Shown piece after piece: positions 12,915 through 28,231 of a DNA stretch of 64,000 nucleotides. Each line of letters begins with the position of its first letter. Position 1 is the stretch's first letter. Made by a program: the position numbers and the translations under genes. The DNA lies in assembly GCA_964016885.1 (NCBI GenBank), contig OZ024743.1, forward strand, positions 278,566,001 through 278,630,000, given 5' to 3'. The notes under the pieces are model-generated. The model saw only the letters and a program-made list of their open reading frames with translations, had not been told where the DNA came from and did no database searches. Source of the stretch: Eledone cirrhosa (taxonomy: Eukaryota).

Positions 12915-13210
12915 TCTATATATCTAAAACAGAGAATGTCTGTGTGTCAGTTCCCTAAAATTCAAGAACCATCGAACCGATTGTTTTCAAACTTTGCACA
13001 TATAATACTTATGGTCCTGTGAGTGTTTTGACAAAAACAATTTCAAATTGTCAATGCCCTAGGGACCGCATTAGGCGATTTAGCGATCTCTCTCTATAAT
13101 TCTGAGTCTTTCTTTTTAGATAGATACATATATATAACGTTGCGCCCTTATAATATTCTCTGCATGTCTGGCTGTCTGCATTACGACATTATGACGCTGT
13201 GTGTTTGTGT

Positions 13211-13285
<75 letters not shown>

Positions 13286-13400
13286 CGTGTAACGTTTTTC
13301 GAAATATTTACTTCTGCGTTCACAGATTGTTTTTTTTTAGTTTCAGAAGATCCCGTTAAGGGTGAAAGCGGCAATTTTTTGCTTAAACTGTAATCTGTTA

Positions 13401-13460
<60 letters not shown>

Positions 13461-13611
13461 TATATTCTTTTACAGATATTTTTGTATACTATACACAATA
13501 ACAAAATATAAACAAACGTATTTATTTCACGAGGCTCGATAAGGATAAATATATATCAAATATATAAGAACCTTAGAGCAAATCCCGAGCAACGCCGGGC
13601 CATTCTGCTAG
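12915..13611 (+). mobile_element. Non-autonomous Helitron
   Basis: A|TCTATATATCTAAAA 5' end; subterminal hairpin CCCGAGCAACGCCGGG (13584-13599); CTAG|T 3' end; no TSD. Confidence 0.8.
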
Positions 13612-13767
13612 TATATAACTAAATTTCCAATTATTAAGCTCCTTTTTGGAACCAAATTTCTGACATGATGAAAGGTTTTTAGATGAATAAAAATTTAAAT
13701 AATCAGTTTTGTATCATAGAAGCTAAAACGGTTTTAAGTATTATCCAAATTCCCCAGGTATATATAT

Positions 13768-13980
13768 TCCTCTTCGCCCACTTATTCCTGAGAGGGTTGT
13801 GGGGGAAGAATCCTCAAATACTTTCTCCAGCGGCTCCTGTTACAAGCAACAGTCTCCAACTGATCCGGCTGGATCCCCAAGCTCATGGATGTTAACCAAC
13901 TATCTTGCTCGGGATCTACCCCTGGGTCTTCTACCTGTTGGCTTATATATTTGGTTCAAATCGGAATCTGAGAAAAGTTT
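13768..13980 (-). mobile_element. RTE-clade LINE 3' fragment
   Basis: Reverse translation ..KPTGRRPRGRSRAR*LVNIHELG / IQPDQLETVACNRSRWRKYLRILPPQPSQE*. Confidence 0.7.
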
Positions 13981-14699
13981 GCCATCACCATCATACTTAT
14001 TAGCGTAAGAATGGGGAGTAAATAATATATGAGATTGAGACCATATTCTAAAATTTGGGGTCAATGAGAACAAAGAAATCCCACCCGACGCCATGTGTGT
14101 TACTTCCTTCATAAAACATTGTTAAACGTCACACGTCAGACGGTCCTAATTTAACAGTCATTCATACCGATCATTTACTGCTGAATATTTCAAAAGAAAA
14201 CATTTATTTCATCAAAAGATTTCGAGGTAATACCGCGCTCCAGAGTTTCCACTTTGAAATAGTAAAATGTACATTATTTACAAAGGATATGCATGTATAT
14301 TTAAAGAAACACATATGTATACATTATCCCAATAAATATATACATATACATATATATATACATACATACATACATACATACATACATGAATGGATATATA
14401 TATTCATACATGCGTACAACACGTGCGCATATGTAAATGTATATTTATCTAGATACTTATATGTATAGGCATACTTACATACAGACACACACCCATATAT
14501 ATGTGTGTGATTGTCTTTGTGAGTATGTATATACACATATGTTTGTGCATGTGTGCATATGTGCGTGTGCATTTATAATTTAGGATGCTTATGCATTCTC
14601 CCGCCCATTTTGAGATACATGCGTTATTGTGTGAGTTCGCCAATCAGTAGCAATATATGGATAGTACATATATAAACATACACACACACAAACACACAC

Positions 14700-14739
<40 letters not shown>

Positions 14740-14765
14740 GTCTGTGTGTATATATATACATATAA

Positions 14766-14935
14766 GTTATTCCTTGTTCAATTGGGGGGTAACCACAGTA
14801 AGTCAGGTACTCAATACATAGCAGAGTATACATGTTTTAATATAGAAAAGCCTCTACAGGACTAGTACTGTTTCATTCGTGAGAAATCATTCCTGAGGAT
14901 TTCTCACGAATGAAACAGTTCTAGTCCTGTAGAAG

Positions 14936-14945
<10 letters not shown>
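14766..14945. mobile_element. Palindromic HHR-bearing element (family G)
   Basis: Hairpin ~14840-14945 centred just 5' of CTGAGGA (14893-14899); GAAAC at 14912. Confidence 0.8.
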
Positions 14946-14972
<27 letters not shown>

Positions 14973-14974
14973 GA

Positions 14975-15185
14975 GCGATCGACTTTCGTCTTTCGGACCG
15001 AGGAAACAATGTTTCCGTTGGTCTTTCCAATTGCTAATACTATCTATTGGTCGCAACTCCAGGTAGAAGGAACAACGTAAAATAAAGTATCTTGCTCAAG
15101 GACATAACGCATCGCCCTGTCCAGGAATCGAACTCACAACCTTCCGATTGCGAATCTAATTCTCTAACCACTCAGCCACACGCGC
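14975..15185 (-). mobile_element. tRNA-derived CORE-like SINE
   Basis: Homologous to 12321-12540; B box GAGTTCGATTCC on the minus strand. Confidence 0.8.
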
Positions 15186-15244
15186 ATGGTTTTCTAAATG
15201 TTTCTAATTAATCATACGGTATATTGCCAAATATACCATACATA

Positions 15245-18217
<2,973 letters not shown>

Positions 18218-18619
18218 CAAATTTCGTTTCATTTTTTCCGATATCGTTTTCGGTACCCCGACCGATTAACTCACTCGATATGCAAATTAGGCTGCTCGGC
18301 CGTTAATATGCATAAGGAAAGTATATATTTTCAGACGTTCAACCATCTGGCAGTAAGGTATACGTTGCTGATGATAGCTAATAAGCTTGAAACTAGTACA
18401 GCGTTCCTTTGTCAGTGTTGAACAAATGAGCAACGATGGGTACTAGACACTGTACGGCTTAAATCGGGATGTTTGTTTACAAACACACCGAGCATTATAA
18501 TAAATGTTCGGTGAATCTATACGTACATATATATATATATGTGTGCATCTATGTAAATATATATATATACATACTACTGTACGTCTGTGTACATATATGT
18601 ATGTACGTATACATACTTA

Positions 18620-18625
<6 letters not shown>
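18218..18625 (+). mobile_element. Family B PLE-derived element
   Basis: Matches the reverse complement of 1495-1850; (TA)n on both sides. Confidence 0.8.
18363..18403 (+). ncRNA. Intact minimal type I hammerhead ribozyme (family B)
   Basis: cgttg CTGATGA t agc taataa gct t GAAAC TA GTA cagcg; predicted cleavage after GUA at 18398. Confidence 0.85.
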
Positions 18626-18691
<66 letters not shown>

Positions 18692-20003
18692 ATTTTCCGT
18701 TGTGTTGTAATATAAATATTAGTAGAGTTTGCTCGACGGTTCCAGTTGTAGTTCCAAAAGTAATCCGGAGAAAAATAGAAAGATTTGAATGGATACAGTT
18801 TAGTTGAAAGGAATTTATTGACACGTGTTTCTATAACAGTTACATAACCTAAAACAGCTGCTATCTACAAACTTTTAGTTATGCAGACATTCAATATTTC
18901 AATGTTATTATTTACTCTCATTTCATCAGAATAATATTACTGAGGACCTATTTAGTTTTTATAGAGAATATTAGGAGGGAGAGGTGAAGTTGTTAGAAGA
19001 ATAGTTGAAGGAGTGGTTTTTCGATAGCAGTGAGAATTCTTGGTGGCAGTGAGTAATTAGATTCCCATCTGTTGTTTTGACATTTTTTATAGAATATATT
19101 ATTGGTTATTTTTCTAAATCTATAGAAGGATTAGAGATAGTAAAGATATGCGTGGTTGGTTTTGTGTTTGCACTTAATTAACATTCAGACTTAAATTTTT
19201 CTTTCAAGTGTACGTATCCTTTCACCCACGCATTCACACACAAATATATTTGCACACCTCTACAAAATACATATACTCACAATTCACATATTCATACTTA
19301 CATATATTTACACATGCATACACATATATATACACACATGTATTCATGTACATACATACGCGCTCATGTGTATACATTTTCATACTCAACTTATCTTTAT
19401 ATACACACGTATAGACACACACATATATACATACATACTCTAGTCCATGTGTACATTGGAGTAATCATAATCTATAAAGCTCAGTGTGTGGTCATGCTCC
19501 TTTCTTATAGAAATCTACGATATAGAATTTCTTCAATTGAAATTTACAATTCAGTATTCGAAATAGTTTCGATTGCGTCTTGGCACATCTAATTTTTTCA
19601 ATTTCACCCACAATTACGCAAAAAATAGACAAAACTCAATATTTTACGATTTTTCTCTGTCATTTAAACTGCTAAACTCTTTCCACTATCATTCAAAATC
19701 TATACAACTTCATACTTTCTGCTACTTTCTCTTTCCAAGCTTGATGGTGATACTGTCCGTTTTACTCTCTCATATCATCTGCTTCGCTCTATCTACAACC
19801 CACACATTTTGCTACTTTCTCTTTTATACTTCAAATTATTACATTTCATACGAAACGACAATTATTCAAAAGCAACAGATACATTTATTCAACAACAAGC
19901 GATAAATCTTTTTTAAAACCTCTTTTCCAAACGCATACAAACACACACTCACTTCAACAACAACAACAACAATCTGTCTTTTATAGATAATGATAAACAA
20001 TAA

Positions 20004-20465
20004 TATCCTCTATGAGGTCACTAAACCTGCTAGAAACAGCAGCTAACTCTCCGCCATACCACACCCCTCCCAACTGTCTTAAATTTAGAAAACATATCTT
20101 CTATGAGGTCACTAAACCTGCTAGAAACAGCAGCTAACTCTCCCCCATATCACACCACTCCCTACTGTCTTAAATTTAGAAAACACATATCCTCTATGAG
20201 GTTACTAAACCTGCTAGAAACAGCAGCTAACTCTCCCCCATATCACACCCATCCCTACTGTCTTAAATTTAGAAAACATATCTTCTATGAGGTCACTAAA
20301 CCTGCTAGAAACAGCAGCTAACTCTCCTCCATATCACACCACTCCCTACTGTCTTAAATTTAGAAAACACATATCCTCTATGAGGTCACTAAACCTGCTA
20401 GAAACAACACCTAATTCTCCCTCATATCACAACCCTCCCTATTGTCTTAAATTTAGAAAACACAC
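20004..20465 (+). repeat. Five-unit minisatellite with alternating 91/93-bp monomers
   Basis: ATGAGG at 20012, 20103, 20196, 20287 and 20380. Confidence 0.92.
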
Positions 20466-20804
20466 AGACAACCATGCAGAACAACTCCATCGCAGCTCTG
20501 TTGTTCGGCTGGCATCGTCTACGCGCGTGTTGCGCAAGTACTGTGAAACAATAAATTTCAATACTTTTTTGCACAGAGATAATATCCATAGGCGAAACTA
20601 CAATTGTCACTGCTGGCGCAGCTCCTGCTTCCAGGTCTGCAATTCATTCACCCAGTGTCTGGCAGACAAAAAAGTGGTGCCATAAAATGGGTGGTGCAAC
20701 CTAACTTTGGTAACTTAATGACCCCGAGCAATGCCAGGCTTTAATGCGTGTGTAAAATAAAGTAAAATAAAAAGTCAAATGTTTAAAATTTAGCTTCGTT
20801 TATT

Positions 20805-20859
20805 ACTACTATATATATTTCGGTGACAGCCATCTTTGGCTGTGACCTCTTCAGGCAGT
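20805..20859 (-). ncRNA. Type I hammerhead ribozyme (family H)
   Basis: Reverse complement reads actgc CTGAAGA ggt c acagcca aaga tggctgt c acc GAAA t atat ATA gtagt. Confidence 0.85.
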
Positions 20860-22144
20860 CCGAATTAGTGTGGTATAGACAAGTACATATGTTGTTGAGG
20901 TGTATAATTTTGTCAATACTCTGATAGGCCCAGTTCCTGGTTGGGTTGTTATTTCTCTGAGGAACTGGAATCATGTGAATTCAAACAAACGAATTTCAGT
21001 GTCAAAGGGCCTCTTCTCCTCTCATTGTTCAGTTGTTAGAACATTCCTCATTCAAAAGTCTATAGAAATTCGTTCTGAGGCAAGCCAATCTGTAGTTGTT
21101 GTTCTTGTTATTGTTAGGTACATCTGACCTCAATTCTTGTGTTGGTAGTGTTGTTATTGTTGGAGTTAGCTTAAAAAATTGATAAAGTGGTAGAAGGAAC
21201 AAGGTGGTAAAGGAACAAAATAACAAAAAAACGTCAAACTTCCCATTGGTCAGTTTTGAGAGCATTCCTCAGTCAGAAGTCTATAGAAATTCTTTCTGGG
21301 GTGAGGCTCCCTGTAGTGTTTGTGTTTGCTATTGTTAAGTACATTTGACCTCTACCATTATTTCGGTAGTGTTGTTGGTGTTGTGGTCAGCTTATGTCTT
21401 GCTGCTGCTGACAATTTAGAAGTATCTGTGTGTTTTTTTTCATCCCTCCCGCCACCATCTCCCGTGGTGGTGGTGCTGGTGGTGGTGTGTGTGTGTGGGG
21501 TGGTGGGTATTCCATGTATATGAAGAAATATAAGGCAACAAATGAAAAAAACAGAAAATAAATAATAAATAGAGAATAAAGAATAAATGAAAAACTGATG
21601 AAAAGGTGATGAAAATGAATATGGAGAAGTGAAAAATTAAATGAAGATTCAAATAAAGTAGGATAAAGTGTGTGTGTGCTATAACCAATCTCAAGGTCAG
21701 AAATATGTTGGAGAGATTGGTATGAGGAACAAGATGTTAAAATAATAAAAGAATAAGATAATCAAACAAAATGTGTTTGTGTTATAATCAATCTCAACTT
21801 AAAAATAAATATAAGGTGATGCAATGAAGAGAACAGAAAACAAATAACAAATTAATAAAGAGAAATCAAGATTTAAAATTGAAAATTGAAAATCAGAAAT
21901 CAAGTAAATTAAAATGTGTTTGTGTTATATAGATATTGGCCAAATTATAATGGTTGTGTCTGATTCAATCTCAAGGCTATCATGGTGTCTGCTCAGCCTG
22001 GGTTGTTCCCTATGGCTTGAGGGGAGTTCTCAACCTAGGGCGTTGTTACTGCCCATATAGCTTGAGGGTGGTCTGGCCGAGTGGTGTCTACATGTTCTGG
22101 AGAAGTCCATATAGCTTGAGGGGAGTTCACATCTTCTTGTGTTG

Positions 22145-22410
22145 CTACTGTCCATATATCTTGAGGAAGGTCCCGGCTCTAAGGTGTCTGCATGTCCCAA
22201 AGAAGTCGGTTCTGAGGTATATCAGGCCGCTTCCACCTCTTAGTATCTCGAGGGTCTCGTTCAGGCATAGTGTGCATATGCAAGATCCCCCTTTATCGGG
22301 TGATACTTTCCTGATTATGTACCAGGCCAGAGAGTACGGGCTCCTGTCCAGCTTAAGCTTCCAGATCAGGTCGGAGAAAGCCGTGCTTTTCAGGAGATCG
22401 TGGCAGGAGG
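22145..22410 (-). pseudogene. PLE GIY-YIG domain C-terminal fragment
   Basis: KSTAFSDLIWKLK..YSLAWYII..CTLCLNETLEIL..LRTDFFGTCRH aligns by eye with the 59777-60571 translation. Confidence 0.85.
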
Positions 22411-22995
22411 GATGAAAAAACACACACAGATACTTTTAAATTGTCAGCAGCAGCAAGACATAAGCTGACCACAACACCAACAACACTACTGAAATAATGG
22501 TAGAGGTCAAATGCACTTAACAATAATAAACACAAACGCTACAGGGTGCCTCACCCCAGAAAGAATTTCTACAGACTTCTGACTGAGGAATGCTCTCAAA
22601 ACTGACCAATGGGAAGTTTGACATATTTTTGTTATTTTGTTCCTTTACCACCTTGTTCCTTCTACCACTTTATCAATTTTTTAAGCTAACTCCAACAATA
22701 ACAACACTACCAATACAAGAATTGAGGTCAGATGTACCTAACAATAACAAGAACAACAACTACAGATTAGCTTGCCTCAGAACGAATTTCTATAGACCTT
22801 TGAATGAAGAATGTTCTAACAACTGACCAATGAGAGGAGAAGAGGTCCTTTGACACTGAAATTCGTTTGTTTGAATTCATATGATTCCAGTTCCTCAGTG
22901 AATTAACAACCCAACCAGGAACTGGGCATATCAGAGTATTGACAATATTATACACCTCAACAACATATGTACTTGTCTATACCACACTAATTCGG

Positions 22996-23050
22996 ACTGT
23001 CTGAAGAGGTCACAGCTAAAGATGGCTGTCAGCGAAATATATATAGCAGT
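22996..23050 (+). ncRNA. Type I hammerhead ribozyme (family H, inverted arm)
   Basis: actgt CTGAAGA ggtcacagctaaagatggctgtcagc GAAA tatatata gcagt. Confidence 0.8.
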
Positions 23051-23347
23051 AATAAACGAAGCTAAATTTTAAACATTTGACTTTTTAAACATTTTACTTT
23101 TAAATTTTATATATTTATATATTTATATATTTATATATTTATATTTTAAACATTTGACTTTATTTTTTATATATATATATAATTCATATATATATATATA
23201 TAATTCACTTCCTCATTTTTTTAATCAGTTCGAGCACTTCATTCAGAACTGCTGGACTGGCAACCTGACAAATACCTCAGGCACAGAAAGTGATTATCGC
23301 TAAATGCTGATGTTGGTTAGATTATCAATATTAGTATTATTGGGGCA

Positions 23348-23475
23348 CCCACTGATGAATTATAGGAGCCCACTTGAATATATATCTATTGATGGTATAC
23401 AAGCTCCTAGATAAATTGGTATAATTTCACCCAAATTGTAGAAATCCTATAATTGAAACGAGACGTCCGTCTGGG
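23348..23475 (+). ncRNA. Hammerhead motif with a large helix-II insertion (family I)
   Basis: ccca CTGATGA (23352) attatagga ... tcctataat t GAAAC g aga c GTC (23465) cgtc tggg. Confidence 0.65.
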
Positions 23476-23669
23476 AAGAGATATATTAGATATGTCTCAT
23501 TTGAAATAATGCAGCCAACTTTCCACGTAATACGTTTAGTTAGCACCCCGAACACAATTGGGAATATAATCACTTATTTCCTAATGTTTGTTGAGTGAGT
23601 TGGAATTTGGCCGGAGTATCGCTAAAAATCTTTCTCCGATATTGTATTTATTTACATATATATATATAT

Positions 23670-23970
<301 letters not shown>

Positions 23971-24040
23971 ATATATATATACATATCGACTTAGATAGGT
24001 TAGTAATATCCCACTGTATGAAAACCCTCCTCTATAATAA

Positions 24041-24108
24041 TATTTCTACTTTTTGCACAAGGTCAGCAATTATCTCAGTGCATTACTGGTTCTTTAGTTT
24101 ATCGACCC
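24041..24108 (-). mobile_element. Meta-domain SINE 3' fragment
   Basis: TTTCTACTTTTTGCACAAGG...TTTATCGACCCC, shared with 51183-51250. Confidence 0.6.
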
Positions 24109-24142
24109 CGTATAATAATGAGGCCAGCGGATATATAAATCC

Positions 24143-24423
24143 ACTAAGGATGAACTATTCGATGTGCCGATAGGATAATTTGACAATGCCGATATATTCG
24201 ATTTGAAGGGCCTTTTAATCTTAGATAGACTACGTAAAAAATTCCGTGATTTCCATACGAATCTATATCATGATGATACCCGGCCACTATCGAGGCATAA
24301 CAGTGGTCACGACCTCGACACTTTTAGGAAAATCTGACTCATACCTTCAACAACCTAGGTCTAAAAATTACCATCCCTACTAACCTCACCAGTGTTAACT
24401 TCCTATACGTTAATTTAGACTTA
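24143..24423 (+). pseudogene. PLE (Nematis-like) reverse transcriptase fragment
   Basis: Manual translation: ELFDVPIG*FDNADIFDLKGLLILDRL..NLYHDDT / SGHDLDTFRK / LTHTFNNLGLKITIPTNLTSVNFLYVNLDL (degenerate YRDD and NFLD motifs). Confidence 0.8.
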
Positions 24424-24679
24424 CGTACACGCACATACACACCATTCCACAAACTCAGTGAAAAGCTTAGGTACACTCATTAGGACACTAGTCACCCCAC
24501 CCCCGCCTACATCTTTTAAAACATCACCAGTCCAGTCCGTTACTCAGTGTACATATAATGCTCCGTATTGCACTATTTATATATATTGTTGTATGCTTCA
24601 TTTTATTTGCATCACATCCAACCGACTAGAATGTGGAATGCACAACCCTGATCGATTAGCGCCTTATTGAAATATTTTC

Positions 24680-24926
24680 GGCAATCGCTCTGTATAATCA
24701 GCTCCTGATTATTACTGGAATTCTATAAGAATCCAGCTTCTATAATTTTCAGCGGAGGCAAGGGAGTGCGTGGCTCTGGCGAACGCCAGCAAGCGTGAAA
24801 CACACTGTCAGCTTCTCTCCATTCTTTCGCCGAAAAGAAGTAAGTGACATAGTAACTACTTTACAACTGATAGCGTATGGTCTTCTAAATGTTTTTAATT
24901 AAACATACGGTATATTGCCAAATATA
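24680..24926 (+). mobile_element. Family C element with HHR motif at 24773-24812
   Basis: gct CTGGCGA acgc cagcaa gcgt GAAAC acact GTC agc. Confidence 0.72.
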
Positions 24927-25030
<104 letters not shown>

Positions 25031-25082
25031 GTGTGTTATGGAATACTGTTAGCTTCTCGCTACAGCAATTTCTATACCTTTC

Positions 25083-25120
<38 letters not shown>

Positions 25121-25124
<4 letters not shown>

Positions 25125-25680
25125 GACGTAAAATAAGAAAATTATAAAAATTAACTTACTTACTAAAATTTCACTCCAACTAATTAGTTTCTGAAAGGGA
25201 ATAAACATAGTTTCCAAAGAAACGTACGGAGAAGCCTTTCGTCATCAGGGAAGTCTATTCTTAGACAAACCACTCCTTACTGATTAACCTCGATGTCACG
25301 TGATTGATTCTTTTGAATTTGCCACCGACGCAGTAGGCAGTGATTTTTTCAATGGCTTGGAACTTAGTCCAAGCTTTGCTTTTTTCCAGCCACTGAATTA
25401 TTTTTGTATAAGTTCCCTGTGTCCACGCATTGCTTGGAAACTTAGCTGAGAATAGACTTCCCCAATGACGAAAGGCTTCTCCGTACGTTTCTTCGGAAAC
25501 TATGTTTATTCTCTTTCAGAAAGTAATTAGTTGGAGTGAAATTTTAGTAAGTAAGTTAATTTTTATAATTTTCTTATTTTACGTCTTTCATATTATTGTT
25601 CTGCATCCCCATGCATTGAACCACAAAGTTACTAAGACAAAACCTATATATTTGCTGGCATAGGTATGCATCTGTATATA
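25121..25680. mobile_element. Family K element with ~140-bp inverted arms, each carrying an HHR-like core
   Basis: 25121-25262 is inverted at 25448-25590; minus strand CTGATGA (25242-25248)...GAAAC TAT GTT; further fragment at 46270-46448. Confidence 0.75.
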
Positions 25681-25702
25681 TATGTTAGTAAATATACTAA
25701 TT

Positions 25703-25755
<53 letters not shown>

Positions 25756-25845
25756 CATAAATATATATATTTATATATACATATATATATATATATATAT
25801 ACACACACATATATATATATATATACATACATATCTATATCTATA

Positions 25846-25887
<42 letters not shown>

Positions 25888-26573
25888 CAATATGTATGTA
25901 TGTTCTTCTTTTTTTATAATTTCACAAATTTTTGCCAATAGAGACAGAGTCGGTTTCTAACATAGACATTGGAATTTACACAACATCCACTAGGTAGATA
26001 TGTATGTATGCATGCACACATGAGTAGATATGGATGTTATCGTATGAGTGGATGTGTATGTTTTGAGTTGTATGTGTGCATGTGTATATGCTTAGTATAT
26101 GTACATGTGTATATGCAGTTATTATATGCAAAATCTTTGGAATGTTTTACATATTTTTACTGTCCCATTAATGGATTGTACTTGTAATTTCCTAACTAGT
26201 TGTGTTCTTTCTGTTCCTGTGAAGCCCAGCTTCTCAATATTTGTATTGAGGCAGTTACTAACATATCCCAGTGTCCCAATAATCACAGCATAAATCTGAA
26301 GGTGTAATCAGGATGGAGTATCTGCAGATTTCTCATCAGTTCTGCTTAAATATTCTCCTATTCGCTAATCTTTGATATTATATTGGCATCTGCTGGACAG
26401 CTAACTTCTACTACTCTGCATGCCTTCTTTTCCCTATCCCATATTATATCTGCTCTGTTATACCTGCATTATATTGAGGTTTTTACTGGAAAATTCCACC
26501 AGTACTCTTCCACATTGCTGTAGCTTTTAATGTGTTTATTATCGGGTCTGTATGTATATATATATGTATGTTG

Positions 26574-27218
26574 GGTCACTCTTGAGTGCTTCTGGTAACA
26601 TGTAACCCAGTACAACCTGTCGCGTGGTCGGGTCGTAGGCGATTTCACCGGCAAACTCACCAAGTTTACTTGGTGAGGAGGGTGATTTTGGACACCCCGC
26701 AGCACAAAAAATCAAAACCTTACAAAGGGCGGAAGAACTCATAAGAGTCAACGGCCATCCAAAAAGTGTGTAAATATGTATATACACATGTTCATATGTA
26801 TGTATATGTATATATACATGGGTGCATGTGTATGTATATGCGCGGTGACATAGAAATAGTCGGGCTGGACACCCGATAGCGCGGTTAAACCACTGGGAGT
26901 GAAGGACTCCTAGCCTTTGGTAGGGCATTCCCCTAGGAGAAGGCAACTCAGGAAACTGGAATAACTCCGATATAAAACCTGCGGCTCAGTAGTTACTGAT
27001 GATTTTGATTTTCTCTTGTTTTCGGGTTATAGCTACTGTCGCTCAGAGAGTGGGATTGGCTCAGTGCACAGTCTTTCCTCACTTTAAAAAATATCTTCAT
27101 GCACAGGCATTGCACGATAGAATTAATTAATAATTATTAATAATGGTATATCGTGCAATGGCCATACCCGATAACGAGGGGTCAGCCATACTCAATAACG
27201 AGGGGGCAACCATCATCA
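26574..27218 (+). mobile_element. Non-autonomous RTE-related (bipartite) retroelement, copy 1
   Basis: RTE 5'UTR-like motifs (AGGGCA..CTAGGAGAAGGCAACTC; CCTCACTTTAAAAA..GCACAGGC); no ORF; flanked by (TATG)n. Confidence 0.6.
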
Positions 27219-27251
27219 TGTATGTATGTATGCATGTATGTATTTATGTCT

Positions 27252-27830
27252 GGTCACTCTTGTGTGCTACTGGTAACATGTAACCCAGTGCATCCCGTCG
27301 CATGGTCGGATCGTCGGTGACTAAACCGGCAACCCCACCAAGTTTTCTTGTTGAAGAGGGTGATTTTGGACACCCTGCAGGACAAAAAACAAAACATGAC
27401 AAAACGGTGGTAGAACTCATAAGAGTCAACGGCCATCCACAAATGCGTAAATATGTATATACATGTATGCATGTGTATGTAAATGAGCGAGGACATCGAA
27501 ATAATCGGGCTGGATACCGGATCGCGCGGTTAAACCACTGGGATGAAGGACCCCTAGCCTTTTTCAGGGCATTTTCTAGGAGAAGGCAACTCAGGAAACT
27601 GGGAGAACTCCGATATAAAACCTGCGGCTCAGTAGTTATCGATGATGTTGATCCTTTCTTCTTTTCCTGTAATAGCTACTGTCGCTAAGGGAGTGGGATT
27701 TGCTCAGTGCACAGTCTTTCCTCACTTTAAAAAAATCTTCACGCACAGGCATTGCGCGATAACATTAATTGATAATTATTAATAATGTTATATCGTGCAA
27801 TGCTCATACTCGATAATGAGGGGGCCGTCA
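27252..27830 (+). mobile_element. Non-autonomous RTE-related retroelement, copy 2 (head-to-tail, diverged)
   Basis: Colinear with 26574-27218, with many substitutions. Confidence 0.6.
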
Positions 27831-28231
27831 TGTATGTATGTATGTATGTTTGATTACTCTCCATTATGCATAATACATAGTCTAGAATTGTTTAAACATA
27901 TATTCTATATGAACACTATCATGAACATACAAACTCATATTTCCATATTTCTAAAGACCTTAACATATAATATATATCTAGCTCATTACACATATATGCT
28001 TTAGAATTTATTTTCATTTCAGAATACAACCATGAGTGTCACGTGACATTTTAGATAATGCTGGTTCTGATATTTTTGTTGTTGTTCTTTGTTTCTTGGT
28101 TTTTGTGGTGAGTCTTGTTTTCCAGCAAAGGGTTCGTAGGACATCTGTCTGTGTCCTGTGAAAGGAAGACCTTATAATATTTGGTCCTTTTTGCCCAAAT
28201 ATTTAGCCGTTTAAACTTCATATTTTATTTT

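Larger units (their letters stand above)
20755..23105 (-). mobile_element. 5'-truncated Nematis-like PLE with a ~690-bp inverted duplication of its 3' end
   Basis: 20757-21449 is inverted at 22406-23100; GIY-YIG C-terminus on the minus strand between the arms; one HHR in each arm. Confidence 0.88.

Noticed and set aside
20004-20465. CRISPR-like regular repeats
   Set aside because: Whole units repeat with no unique spacers, there are no cas genes, and the context is eukaryotic.
20465-20750. Possible second Helitron (CCCGAGCAATGCCAGG hairpin)
   Set aside because: No terminal CTAG and no identifiable 5' TC end.
22575-22620. CTGAGGA atgctctc AAAAC as an additional hammerhead (mirrored near 21250-21275)
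   Set aside because: No GAAA, no helix II and no stem I pairing.
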